DNA of 64,000 nucleotides from Zootoca vivipara (taxonomy: Eukaryota). The stretch is taken from NCBI RefSeq assembly GCF_963506605.1, contig NC_083290.1, positions 15,748,001 to 15,812,000 on the forward strand, given 5' to 3'. Below, piece after piece: positions 1 through 13,700 of the stretch. Under the pieces are notes generated by a model, which was given only the letters and a program-made list of their open reading frames with translations, did not search any database and was not told where the DNA came from. Made by a program: the position numbers and the translations under genes. How positions within the stretch are numbered: the first letter of the stretch is position 1; each line of letters starts with the position of its first letter.

Positions 1-169
1 CTTATAAGCCTGTGGGCAGGGACTGTCTTGTTTAAATAATGTTATGTAAGCCACTCTGGGAGACTTTTTTGGGCTGAAGAGCGAGGTACAAAGGCTTTGA
101 ATTAATAAGTAAGTAAGTAAATAAGTAAATAAATAATATTTATCTGGCATATCAACCCTGAATAACAAC

Positions 170-1884
170 CAGCTAAAAAAGCCAATGCAATTCTGGGCTG
201 CATCAATAGGAGTATAGCATCTAGATTGTTATGGAAAATTGCCCCTAAAATGCGCAACCTTTTAGGAAGGACAGACGCGGGTCGGAAGCTCCAAAATTTG
301 CACTAAGTTCAGCTCCGCCGGGAAATGACAGAGACCACACGATGCTGTCAGGAAAAACAAACTGATCCTTTTATTACAGAAAAGAAAGAACTACAGCTGT
401 AGGGTCCCTGCCTCCAGGAAATTAGGAAGGAACCCCGGGAAATGGTGAAGCCCCCTCTTATACCCTCCTGTCCCTACGTGAAAATCCCTGGACTGGGAGG
501 GAGGGGAAGGACAAGGAGAATGGGTGGTGATGGGATTAGCTGGGTGCGGAGAGGACTATTCCTTCATATGGCGAGATGTCAATCGCTCTCCTCCTGTTGC
601 TGATGGTGTTTCCTTTGTTTGACAGGAGGGGCAATCAGTCGAGATGGGTGTCAAGGTGGGGCAGTTCCTGGCGATTTCCGAGGAGTGGGAGCCCATCCGG
701 CAGGTGTTTTCCTCCAGGTCATGGAAGGATAGACTATGTTGAAGATGACATTTTATTTGAATAAAGCTGTTCCAGCTAATCCCTTCTTTGTCCATGTGTG
801 TCTTTTGAATCAGGATGGCGATGGGGCAAGGTTCAGGTGAGCTGGGGTCATGCACGGGTTATGCAGCATTTCCTTTTACAGGAGACATATCTAATACAGA
901 GAATTCTATGCAAAAGGTAGTAGTCCTGATATATAAAGGTTCTGAGACATAAAACAGCAATTCTAATACAGAGAGATCCTAGCATACGTCATGAATAAGA
1001 CAGCAATTCTAATACAGAGAGAATCTAGCATATCTTAAGGCAAAAGGTTCTGTAGTGATAATCTAAAGGAGTCTGGGGCGGAGGGGAAGGTGGAGAAGGG
1101 AAATGTGTGAGCTTATGCTAACCGTTGTGCATATGCAGATCCTTAAGCCTTCCTTAAGGCAGGGTTGCATCCAAGCAGGAGGGGTGAAGGTCTTTGAAGC
1201 AGAGTGGAGACTGGGAAGATGGCGTTGAACAGGATTCTGGGTATTGCAGCTGTCAAATTCTTTCACCCCTCTCTGTTCATTAATAATGGTGTCCTGCCCC
1301 CCCCCAATATAATTTTATATAACAAGATCAAGGGAAGTAATAGTACCACTGTATTCCGCTCTGGTCAGACCTCACCTGGAATACTGTGTCCAGTTCTGGG
1401 CACCACAGTTCAAGAAGGATACTGACAAGCTGGAACGTGTCCAGAGGAGGGCAACCAAAATGGTCAAAGGCCCGGAAACAATGCCTTATGAGGAACGGCT
1501 TAGGGAGCTGGTTATGTTTAGCCTGGAGAAGAGAAGGTTAAGGGGTGATATGATAGCCATGTTCAAATATATTCAAGGATGCCATATAGAGGAGGGAGAA
1601 AGGTTGTTTTCTGCTGTTCCAGAGAAGCGGACACAGAGCAATGGATTCAAACTACGGTACAAGAAAGAAGATTCCACCTAAACATTAGGAAGAACTTCCT
1701 GACAGTAAGAGCTGTTCGACAGTGGAATTTGCTGCCAAGGAGTGTGGTGGAGTCTCCTTCTTTGGAGGTCTTTAAGCGGAGGCTTGACAGCCATCTGTCA
1801 GGAATGCTTTGATGGTGTTTCCTGCTTGGCAGGGGGTTGGACTGGGTGGCCCTTGTGGTCTCTTCCAACTCTATGATTCTATGA
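170..1884 (+). mobile_element. 5'-truncated CR1 LINE 3' end (RT C-terminus and 3'UTR), split by a solo-LTR insertion at 227-1324
   Basis: CR1-type text (gccaatgcaattctgggctgcatcaataggag...agatcaagggaagtaatagtacc). Translated fragments include [23 protein letters not shown] and [16 protein letters not shown]. It ends in the ctatgattctatga CR1 tail. Confidence 0.93.
227..1324 (-). mobile_element. Solo LTR of an LTR retroelement/ERV (1098 bp)
   Basis: TGTTAT...ATAACA inverted termini with a 4-bp TSD AGAT (223-226, 1325-1328). Minus-strand TATAA at 462-458 and AATAAA at 375-370. Removing it restores the continuous CR1. Confidence 0.85.
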
Positions 1885-2073
1885 ACCACTCTCTCCACTT
1901 TGCCAACAGGGTGGGAGAAGAAACATGCAAAGTACAGTACTGTAGAGGGCAGATTTAGTAGAACACCCAGCAATGCCTGATGGGCAAGTGGGGGGGGGGT
2001 GCAGGGGCATGAGGAGTTCTCCCCATGGAACATCAGGGCACCCCAAATATCCTCTGACATGCCAGAGGATATT

Positions 2074-2104
<31 letters not shown>

Positions 2105-2699
2105 TCTATTTTCAGATTTTAAAAGCACTTCACAACACAAAACCACCAAAGGGGTGTGCAGTATGATAAATCTGCATTTAAAAAAATGCAGACAGGCCTT
2201 TGCAGTCATTTAATTTCTAACCTTTTTAGCAGCCAATGAGTTTGATGTTGTGTTTTTAACAATGGTGGGAAAGTGAACAGGAAGGCAGCTATTTCCTTTC
2301 ATTTTTATGCAGGTACTGTTTTCCCCATCACTGGACCTCCAGCTGACAGAAATCTGGCATGTGTGCTTTTCCCAAATATGAAACTCAGCGCCGGCAATGC
2401 AGCGTTTGTCGTATTTCTGCCTGCTGTGGAACTTTGAAAGGCAGGGAACTCCTGCCATGGCAACCTTAAAACAGACGTAATATTTGTATAAACGTTTGCC
2501 ATTTCCTCCAACACTTCCACCCTGGCACAACTTCTCTGCTGTAAAAAAAAACCAACCCGCACAGAACAGACAGAAATCCAACATATAGAGTCTCCATTAT
2601 GAAGAATGACAATTTAAATTTTATTTTATTTCTGATGCTACTGTCAAATGAACTAATGCAAGAATAAAATATACTTTCTTATGCGGCTGATTAATGGAG

Positions 2700-3010
2700 A
2701 ACGAACACAAGAAGCTATTAGCGCCACCCCTGCTTGGTCCTCGAACCAACAATTCTCTTCCTCCCCACTCCGGTGCTTTACCCGCTAAACCACGCAGGCA
2801 AATCCCAGAAAGGCCTCGGAGGCTACAAACACACACCACTCTCCCTTCCTAGATGGGCTATCGCGGAACTTCCGCTACTGGCTCCGCCTTTTCCTTGTCT
2901 TAGCCCCGGCTCCCAGTTTCCAGCCTGGAGACAGAGACCGAGTAAGAGTTTCCAACGGATTTATCGGGCGGGGGGCGCGGAGGTGGGGAGCTGAGCTTCC
3001 TCTGCGGGGC
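2700..3010 (+). promoter_or_regulatory. MRPS17: CpG-rich promoter and probable non-coding first exon of MRPS17
   Basis: Local CpG enrichment, ETS-like cggaacttccg near 2863, GC boxes, and a candidate donor GTAAGA at 2942. Confidence 0.6.
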
Positions 3011-3294
3011 AGAGAGCTGGTTGGGGTAAAAAGGCAGAGGTGGACGATCTAGTGGAGATTTACGTAGGGCTGTGGAGGGGGAAGGCTGCCTCTGCTCTAA
3101 AAATAAATCTACCCTATAATTTTAGGAGGCAGGAGGGCTCCTTATCTTCATCCAGTCCGCTTGCAACCCCCCTAATTTCCTCCCACCTTTTTTCATCCTA
3201 TGGTAGAAGCGTAACTTCACCCCAAGTTTTCGGGAGCAAGGTCACTTAATGGGGATATATTTGACAGCTGTGTGCGAACACAGCAGCCCTAAAC

Positions 3295-3430
3295 CAGGCA
3301 TCCCCAAACTTCGGCCCTCCATATGCTTTGGACTACAATTCCCATCTTCCCCGACCACTGGTTCTGTTAGCGAGGGATCATGGGAGTTGTAGGCCAAAAC
3401 ATCTGGAGGGCCGCAGTTTGGGGATGCCTG
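3295..3430. mobile_element. Palindromic hAT-type MITE (136 bp)
   Basis: TIR caggcatccccaaact; 8-bp TSD ccctaaac on both sides. Confidence 0.9.
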
Positions 3431-4495
3431 CCCTAAACTGTCAGCTGCAATTCTTGTTTGTTTATTGACTAGTAACTTTTAAAAAACAAACAAACAGTGG
3501 ATGGTAGTGTCAGGTTGTTCATAATTTTGTGGCATTACCTTCTCTCCAGCAGTTTGCCAAGATCTCAGACATAGAGGGATTTTCTCATCTTTGCTTGAGA
3601 TACTTTATCAAGGGGCCGGGGAGTTCGTGGCCCTCCAGGTCTGAAATCTTACACCACAATAAATCTGTTAAGAACATAAGAAGAACCTGCTGGATCAGAC
3701 CAAAGGGGGGGGGCGGATGGGCATCTAGTCCAGCATCCTGTTCTTACATTGGCTCTGGGAAACGCGCAAGCGGGATTTGAGCATAAGAGCACTCTCCCCT
3801 CTTGTGGTTTCCAGCAACTGGTATTCAGAAGCATCAATGCCTCTGACTGTGGAAGCAGAGAACAGACATCAAGTTAAAGTACTGCAACACACCTTTCTCA
3901 TGATTAAGATCTAGACATCACACACTGGCAGTACTAGCTTTTCCACAACAACAATTTTGTCCTGCTTTCTCAATTAGTATGTGGTGTTGATGTGCACTGG
4001 GCTTGAAGCATTTTTACTAGCATCTAGCATTAATACTTTGGGGAGCCTGGGTTTTCAAGACTAGCAAACCTGGGGTGTTCCTCTGCCTTTCTTATGGCTA
4101 GAATGTAAGGAGAAATGCTGTTTCTGAAGAAGGTTGTTTAGATTTAAAGTATTTTAAAATTGCTGTGATCTGCCCTGCGACTTGGTGGTGAAGGGTAGGA
4201 AATAAACTAAACAGATACATTTATTATTTATTTCATGAAATTTATTTACTGTTTGATTATTTTAAAAAACCCTCAAATAGGTTTATAAAAAGAAAACAAC
4301 AAAAATATTAGTAAAAATAATTAAAACATTCAGAGAATTAAAACCAGTAATGAACTAAAAACACTTCAGCATTCTAATTATCTAGGTAGGCTTGTTATCA
4401 TAAATAATAATAGGTGTGTTGGCTTGGCTGTATGTTGCCACTGGCTGTTAAAATGATACCTTGTTCTTGCTTCTCAGGGTGTTCGTAACCGAGCC

Positions 4496-5056
4496 ATGTC
4501 TGCATTGCGTGGTGCTGTCCACGCAAAATGGATCATAGGGAAAGTCATTGGGACCAAGATGCGTAAAACAGCCAAAGTGAGAGTGACGCGGCTGGTGCTG
4601 GATCCTTACTTGCTAAAGGTAAACTTTCCTTTGGGGAACTTCAATCAATGTTAGGGCTCTGCAGCTAAATTCTATCCCGGTTCAGTCTTGCTGGCACTCA
4701 AGTTTCTCAGAATCATTTGCCTACCACTGAATAATCCATGTACTCTTTCCTCTCTTCTCCCACAGTTCTATAACAAGCGGAAAACATACTTTGCTCATGA
4801 CCCCCAGCAGCAGTGCATTGAGGGAGACATCGTTCTCTTGAAAGCTTTGCCTGAACGGAGGAGCAAGCACGTGAAACATGAACTGGCTGAGATTGTGTAC
4901 AAGGTTGGGAAAGTCATTGATCCAGTGACGGGGAAGCCTTGTGCAGGCAGTAGGCTATTGGAAAGTGTAACGGACTCAGAAAACCTGACTGATAGAGATA
5001 CCAGTTACCTTAGTGAAAAGCTCCAAGAACTAACTGTTTCTTCTTCAGATAAATGA
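4496..5056 (+). CDS. MRPS17: Mitochondrial ribosomal protein S17 (uS17m), 137 aa; coding exons 4496-4618 and 4766-5056
   Basis: [41 protein letters not shown]|[29 protein letters not shown]. Phase-0 GT-AG intron at 4619-4765; synteny with NIPSNAP2. Confidence 0.97.
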
Positions 5057-6259
5057 TGGGGGTGGGGACAGGGTAGGCAGCATAATCTGAGACTTTCCAT
5101 GTGCTTCTGTGGATGAGCTTGTATGTAACACAATGTTTATGTGTTCTTTCTGAAATTGTCATGATTCATAATAAATTTGAATTAACCTGCTCACAGGACA
5201 ACAGAAACATTCAGTTTATTTTTAAAATCTTTCAAGTAGTGAATGTAAGTTGGTCTGCTACAATATTTATAAGTGGTCTCTCTGCTTGATGGTATCCAAA
5301 AACAATATACAATGTTTAATACTTTGCAGTGCAGCAGAGCAATTAAATCAATATTGGGGGACGTACAGACAGGTAAGCCCCACCCCACATCATTGATCAC
5401 AAGATGTGACACACACACACCCCATTTGAATGGCAATGCCTATTAACTTTGGGGGCCCCAGCCCCCTCAAATATTTTATTGGGAGGGGCGAAGAGACGTC
5501 GGCCCCTAGGAGTTGGCTCCTATGGCACAGGGTAGATGGAGCCCACCACCTTTTCAAACACTTCAGCTGGTATGAGACAATGTTTAGGATCAGGCACTAC
5601 TATGAGAATTGCCTCTGGGTGCAAGTTTCTGGGCACCATTAAAAACAGTGGAAGACTGGTCTGAGCCATGGGAATAGTTCCCTGGGATATGCGCAATAAT
5701 GGAAATGGTGCACTCTTCCATGTTCTTGCACAGCTCGGGTTCCTGTTAGTGGTGCTTGTACAGGCAGACATCCCAGAGGACTTTGCCCCTTCATGGGAGG
5801 GAGAGAGCTCTTATGCTCATGTTCTGCTTGCTTGTTTCCCATAGGCATCTTGTTGGCCACTGTGAGAACAGAATGCTGGACTAAATGTGCCAAGGGGCTG
5901 ATTCAGCAGGCTATTTCTTATGTACTGGTTTCAAAACTGTACTGATATTTTTGGTTTCTTATAATTCCCAAGCAATGTTGGGCACTTTCTGCTAGTAAAA
6001 ATGATACCGGTATATTATGCTCTGCTCTTCTATTAAATGTTCCCAACCCAGCACACTACATAATCATAAAACTATACAGTATAGGATAATCCTAATAATA
6101 CTACTAATGATACAAGAATTGGGCTGAAAGTATTACAAAAACAACTGCCTGATCCTAAACATGCTTACTTTAATGTATTACTGAGCTCAATTGAATTTAC
6201 TCCCTGGTAAAGACAGGCAATCCTATTGATCTCTGTGGAATTCACATCTAAGTAAGCCT

Positions 6260-6321
6260 ATGGTCCATGGGGTCACGAAGAGTCGGACACGACTAAACGA
6301 CTAAACAACAACAACAAAACA
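6260..6321 (+). mobile_element. BovB/RTE LINE extreme 3' end
   Basis: ggtccatggggtcacgaagagtcggacacgactaaacgactaaacaacaac with a 10-bp TSD aagtaagcct. Confidence 0.85.
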
Positions 6322-7795
6322 AAGTAAGCCTGTTGAATATAATACAATATACTAATAAAATTAATTTCATGGGAGTAATACTGCTTTTACTGGTTGTTTT
6401 TTATTTTTAAAAAATGTGGATTATCAGGGAGTCACCCAAAAAGAAAACTTGATTTCCCAAACCAATATTGTCCCGATTTCAGAATTAGTTGCAAGCTGGC
6501 TATAATTTTTCTGGCCAGAGTTTCATTCACATGTATAGAACTTGGATGCAAAGCCAGTGGGGAAATGTTCATTGTTTTTTCCCCCGTTCCATGTATTAAA
6601 AAATAAATGGGTTCTTATGGGAGGTGGGGAGGAAATCTGTCAAAAATTAGATATTTTAAAAATAGTTCCTTTTTACTAAATTTATTATAGTGGAGAGTCC
6701 AGATTTACAACGCAAGACTTTAGTATGATATTTCTTTGTTGCAGCAGCTACCTGCAAATTTTGGAAGGGCCATTTTGACTTACTTTACTGTACTAGTTTA
6801 ATAGTGTATTGTTACCCTCAGGACTGCTGTGGGCTATGCTGATTGGGTGTCCGCACTAAGTTTGGCATCAGTATGATAAGTGCCTTAATTGAAAAAAATG
6901 TATGCAAACATTGTGCATGGCTGGAGAAAAACACAAAAGATGCATTTACAGCTGGCTGGTGGCATTTTATTACAGTACATCTACAAACAAGGGTAGTGAT
7001 AAAGCGGGATATCAAATCCAAATCTGACATCAGAAGGGTATCCAATGTCTTTCCAAATTTATGGATTATGCAAACTTTTGTTCTTGACCAGAATGTCTTC
7101 TTTAGCCCTTCCTCAAATGCAAATTGTATACAAGTGCCACTTCCTTAATCTGCAATGTTTTTCATGTTTTGCACTGAATTTGAAAAATTATTACATTAAA
7201 AAATGCTTTATTTTGGTGGGAGTGAGCCCTCGGTAGGCCTAGTCTGTACAAAAAGTGCACTCTGCCCAAGTTCAGAAGGGGCTTTTCCTCAGGTCTTTTA
7301 GAGCCTGTTCATTTATGCGACCCTCCAGATTTTTGGCCTACAACTCCCATGATCCCTAGCTAACAGGACCAGTGGTCGGGGAAGATGGGAATTGTAGTCC
7401 AAAATATCTAGAGGGCCGAAGTTTGGGGATGCCTGTTCTAAGAGGAGCAAGATGGCATTTTAGGATCCACGTAGGGCAGCCCCCCTCGAGGGGAACTAAA
7501 CCGTTTATTTTTCAATCCCTCACACTGTGTTCAAACCCCCAACAAGGTCCTGGGGTTGCACCTTGGCTAAAGTCGCCTCAGCTTAATGGCGCCGCGCCTT
7601 TGAGACCTTCGTGGCAGAAAAGTGCGGCATTGTGTGTGTGGGGGGGAGAGAGAAACCTTTCCGTGTCCCCCTCCTCAACTCCGTCCCTCACGGTGGGGGG
7701 GGGGAAGGCTCCCTCTAGTGGCTACTGGGGGGCACTGCGCCCCCATTTCCCTTTCCTTTTCCCCCGCGCCGTCCCCTCAGGTTGAGGTGGTCAAG

Positions 7796-10700
7796 ATGGC
7801 GGCTGGGGCGCTGCTGCTGCTGCGGCGGGGGAGCGGCGGCCGCCTCCGCCTCAGCGCCTTCCCAACCCAAGGGGGCCGTTCCCGCCTTTTTTTCCTCAGG
7901 TGAGGGGGAAGCTGCGGGGGAGGGAAGGGTGAAAAGTGGCGGGAAGGTCGAGCGACGGGTGGTAGGGGGAGAGGAGAGCCGTTTCTTTTTGGCGCGCGCT
8001 CTTTCCTCCTCCCCCGTCTCGCGGTTCAAGGTCACGGGCTGGTCAGGTGGTTTCTTGCTGCCTCCCCCAACAGCTCTTCAGTGCACTCAATTGTGGGAAG
8101 TGGGGGGAGAAATAAGGGGGGTGTCTCATAGTCTTTCCTCTTCCCCGCTCATATTATTCAATAAATAGCCTTTTTTACATATACTGTACCGTATATGTTT
8201 GTATCTCCACACAGAGGAGGGTGTGTGTACATTGGCTCAGCCCACCTCACGCAGAAGCCCCCCAGCCATTAATAATGGGGAGGTCGCCTCATGGATATCT
8301 GCCTGCACATATTTTACAGTGTAAAAGTGTCCTTTCTACTTCAGAGCCCCCACCTATTATTAATCCTTGTCCCCACCCCATTGAAGGGGGTCTCCCCATT
8401 AATCTCTTGGCTAATCCTCCACACACTCCCATCTAAATTATGGGGGACGGAGAGACCCTCCCACACCCCTTTTCTTTCCTCACATTGTATTATTTTGTTG
8501 TAAACCATCTTGTATTATCATTATTTACTAAATTTATTAGTCGCTTTTTTGCCACGGCAGCACAAACGGACCTGTAATATTTTAAGCATTGGGGGGGGGG
8601 GGAGAATAAAAATAAAGACAATTCTGTTGATGGATTAAAACATCCCACCCATGCAAAAAGGCCTCAGGTAAAAAATTAAAAGCCAAAGGTTTGATGAGAA
8701 AAGAATGTTTTTGCCTGGAGACTAAATATATTGTTATTGTTGGTTATTAGTCTTATGAAGTTATTTTTGGGACTGAAATAATGCCAATTGAAATAATAAC
8801 AACAACAACAATGGTAGGTTTATTTATTCAATGGGTTTTTTCCGCTTTCCTTTGGGTCCTAAATAATAATGATAATGAGCCCACCCTGGGCTCTTTCAGG
8901 AGGAAGGGTGAGATATGATTTTTTTGATTTTTTTTTTAAGGACCCCAACCAAATTTACTTATATGGCCTGGGAACTTGCTTCAAGGGGTGGTGGTAAAAA
9001 TCACTAGAATAGATAAAATAAACATATGCAATTAAAGATTCTAGAAAATGCCTTCTGTGTTCTAGACAAATGTTAACAGGAACACTCCCTATGTTTGTAA
9101 ACCGTGTTGAGGTTGTTGTTGTTTTTAACAATCAAGTTGTATATATATAAATGTTTTTAAATAAATAATTATGTTGATAATGATCCCTGCTATTTATTCT
9201 AGTGTCCCATTTACCAGGAGGGAAGAGCTGTATATTCCTGTGTCAGCTGCCTTCCTATCTTAAATCAAAAGAAATAGAGTTTTTAATTGGAGGTGGAGAG
9301 ATATCTGCCACTTCATGAGCTCTTGCAATTGAGTCAGATAGATTTAAATACTCATGTGGTAATTTGCTATAATGATTGCTTATTGATTTTGTTGCCTATA
9401 ACTGATGCGTGCTGTTCCAACCGATCTGTAAAGTTGTATCATGACATGGTCAAGACAACAAACTAAACTAAATTGAAAAATGCTTTAGGTTACTAGAAGC
9501 AAATGTTGTTTAGGGTTGAAAAAAATACCGGTATTATTCTCCAATACCAACTCTTTCAGTTGCCTAGGATTTTCCCACCCCTTGGGAAGAGTTCTGCTAG
9601 CGTGTGAATAAGGATGTCATTTTGCTTAACACTTTTACTTTCAGCAAACTCTGTAACTATCACATAATCCTCCCTGACTTTCATGGAAGATAAGGATATA
9701 TGCACTCCAGGACACAAATGGTGGGAAATTAGATACACTGTCTTTCTCAAGATAACAAGTACTGTACAGTAGTGTAGTTTGGGGGTTTGATTTCAGTTTC
9801 ATCTTTGATTTTCAGTTGTTGTGTCACACAGTACAATTTTGTTACTGCAAATATTTGAGTATGATAGTATAAGTATGCTTGAAAGCTTTAACTAATCCTC
9901 CTCTCCCCAATAAATCAGTATACAAGCAACAGCTCCTGAACAACAGCTGTTACTGCTCTCTGTTTTCTGCACCAGACTTAATTAAAAGGAAGCTTTTGAG
10001 ATTACTTTTGCTTCCAGTTTATACTGGCATATCATAGCTCCACACAATGGAAAAACTAATTTCATTTTCCAGAGAAGTAACCATGTTAGTCTGTTACACA
10101 AAATAGATCTGTAGTACCTTAAAGTCTTAACAAACTTTTTTTATGGTATAAGCTTTTATGAACTAGAGCTCACTTACATATATCAGCCTGGATAGTTCAG
10201 TTGGTTAGAGCATGGTGCTGCTAATGCCAAGGTTGCAGGTTTGATCTGCATATGGGGCAACTGCATGTTCCTACATTGCAGGGGGGTTGGACCACTAGAT
10301 AACTTTCAACTTTACAATTTTATAATTCTGACATGTACGGGGTGTGGTGGCAGTAGAACTGGACAATGGTGTTCAATATATGGGTCAGTCAGAAGCAGTC
10401 CTTCTACTCAAATAGGTACCGCTGTGGCAGGAAGGTAAACGGTGTTTCCATGTGCTCTGGTTTCTGTCACGGTGTTCCATTGCGCCAGAAGCAGTATAGT
10501 CATGCTGGCCACATGACCTGGAAAGCTGTCTGTGGACAAACGCCGGCTCCCTTGGCCTGAAAGTGAGATGAGCACCGCAACCCCATAGTCGCCTTTGACT
10601 GGACTTAACTATCCAGGGGTCCTTTATCTTTTAGTACTCAAATAATTGGTTGAATGATTTGATTAAAATATTTTGATTGACTAAAAAGATGCCAGATTAA

Positions 10701-13700
10701 TTGGTTGGCAAATTTAAAAGTAGCTAATAATCCAAGTTCTTGTATAAGCAAATGGCCTTGGCAAGATGAGGCCTCCCTGGTTGTCTATGAGAGAAGCGGT
10801 GAGGCAAGCAACAACTATTAAAAATACTGTCTTTATTTTCTTTATGACTACTTTATCATATACATTTTTAAGATTTTGACTGAATTCCAATGCATATTAA
10901 CTTGGGGGTAAGTCCTGCTGAACATAATGGGACTTCATTCCGATTAAACTTTCATAAGATTGGTCTGCTCAAACTTCTATGATAAGTAAACTAAGATTAA
11001 TGTAGTCAGGTTGAATTAAAGGTAGGTGAATCTTGTGTATTCCAGAGATAATGTGAAATACACCTTCCAGTAGCTGGGAGGCTAATCAGGAATCTGCTCT
11101 TTGCTGCACTACTTCTCAGTCCTGATAAAAATGAAACAGGAACTAATTTTACACAAGTTTTAGAACAATGTTTGTCTCTCACTTGCAGGGGCCTTGTGTC
11201 ATCAAACAGCCGATCCGCAGAAGACAGCTGGTTAAAATCGCTTTTTGTCCGCAAAGTTGATCCCAGGAAAGATGCTCACTCCAACCTCCTAGCCAAACGG
11301 GAGACCAGCAGTCTTTATAAAATACAGTGTGAGCTGCTGTTTTTATAGTTCTCCCTTATCTGTCTGTCTTTTTTTTTCTTTCTCTCAGCATTTAATGATG
11401 ACTTTTCCTGTTTCAGTTCACAATGTCAAACCAGAATGCCTAGAATCCTACAACAAGCTTTGGTAAGTCTGAATGCTATGCTGGAACATTTGGGGGGGGG
11501 GGTAAAATCTGGAGCCTTGTTAGCTACTAATCCCATACTTACCTCAGTATACAGTTCACTGGATTCAGTGAAATTACTTCTGAGTAAATTTGCATAGGAT
11601 TAGGAAGGGGCAGAGGAATCCTGGCTGGGCTGGGAAAGTGTGAATCTGGCACCATATCACTTGCCCTGCTTCTAAGTCCATCTTGTTATGATGGCTTTCC
11701 TCTTCATGGCAGTATTATAAGCTCTCTTTAATCAGACATTCACAGATCTATTTGCCAGCTCATTGATGGCAACTACCCAGCAACACACAGGTCATTGCCA
11801 CCCTGGCAGTTTTTTTGGTGCTGTGGTTTGGAGAAGAGAGAACACAGCGGTGGCGGCGGGTGGTGTCTTCCAAGTCTCAGTAGAGACCCTGGCAATCCCT
11901 CACTTCCTATACCATACCTTATGCAAATGAGAGAAAAGTCTGCCTCTACACCAGGTATGTGCTAGACTATTCAAGGGAGACTGAAGTTAGCATCCACCAC
12001 AAAAAAGGGCTGGCTGATGAGCCAACCAACATTTGTGCATCTCTTGGGTTTGTTGTTGTTACTTTCTGTGCCACAAATATATGCAATATAAATTTAAGAA
12101 GGATATTGACCAGCTGGAACAGGTGCAGAGGAGAGTGACTGATATGATAAAGAGTCTGAAAACCAAACATTATGAGAAGCGTTGTGTATGTTTAGTCTGG
12201 AGGTTAGAAGGCTGAGAGGTGAAATGATAGCCATCCTCAAATATCTGAAGGGCTGTCACTTGGAAGATGGAGCAAGGTGTTTTTATTTTGCTGCTGCAGA
12301 GGGTAGGGCCTGTACCAATGGATTTGAATGACAAGAAAATGACTAAACATCAAGAAGAACTTCCTGACAGTAACAGCTGTTCGCAGTGTTAGAAACTCAG
12401 ATATGTAAGCTAGGCACGAAATGGCTCCCTGAATCAGGATTACAGTCACCAAAACTAGTTGCCTTTTGGAGCCAGACAGTTCTGATTGCGCAGATAAAAT
12501 ATAATGGATAGAATTCTACAGGATATGTTAGTGTGTGAAAACAGTCGAGACTGAAAGATCCCCAGGCATGCATTTCCAGATGGTGGAGACGTCTTTCGTT
12601 TCAAATAGCTGATAGCCAGGTGCAGAATGCGCCTCATGCCTGGCAGATTCCGAACACTGGCTGTTAGATAATGGAACAGCCTACCTCGGAAGGTGGTGGA
12701 CTCTCCTTCATTGGAGGTTTTTAAACAGGTTGGATGGCAATCTGTCAGGGATTCTTTAGCTATTATTGCTGTGTTTCGAAGGGTTGGACTAGATGACACT
12801 TGGGTAACTCATAACATAGGAAACACATGGGGATGTTATTTATTTGATAAAGCATTTTTATTAGCTATAAAATGTTCCCAAAGCAGCTTGTGAATGTCAG
12901 TGATAAGACTGTCCTTGCCCTCAGGCTTAAATCTGAAAGACATGATGCAAAAAGAAAAGGAATTGGGAGGAGGAAAAAGCAAATTCAGACTGGAATGGAT
13001 AGATTTCAAGTAGATGGAAAAGTTTTCTCTCCTTTAGCTTGATGGAATGGCTACTGTAATTATGTTCCTTTTTGCTTCTGCTTTTTTTAAAGTCAAGAGG
13101 TGCTGCCAAAGATCCACGAAGGGAAGGAATATCCATGTACACTGGTGGGGACGTGGAACACGTGGTACGGAGAGCAAGATCAGGCTGGTAGGAGATAAGA
13201 CGTACAACAGAATGCACAACTGCGCTAATGATGTGTGCTTGTGATAGGGGCCCTCTTCCAGCCAGGATGGGAACCTGCAGGGTGTGGGGCAAGGTCTGGG
13301 GACAGTGGACAACCAACACCAGCAGCAATGAGCAGAGAGCCTCTAACAAGCCCAGGAAGATTCCCAGAGAAAATGGACATTTCTCCATCAAAACTCAGAG
13401 CCTCAACAGAATCCTTATGTCCCCAATGTAACCTTGCCTGAATGTCCTTCAGGTACGGTTGTAGGGAATGTAAAGGTGCTGCTTTGGCGCAGACCCAGGC
13501 ACTGCAGAACCATCAAATGGTTTCAGATTGTATCTTCTTCCTTCTTCAACAGCTCCTGAGAATAAGCACCCTTGCATAGCTGGCGGGCTGGTTCAGACAC
13601 CTTCAGAGTTGCCACTCCCAAGTCTGGACGTGCCACCCCTAAGTCTAGACACTCCTCCTCACAGACGGGTCTTCTTGCAGTTCTTTCAGGCGACTGGCCA

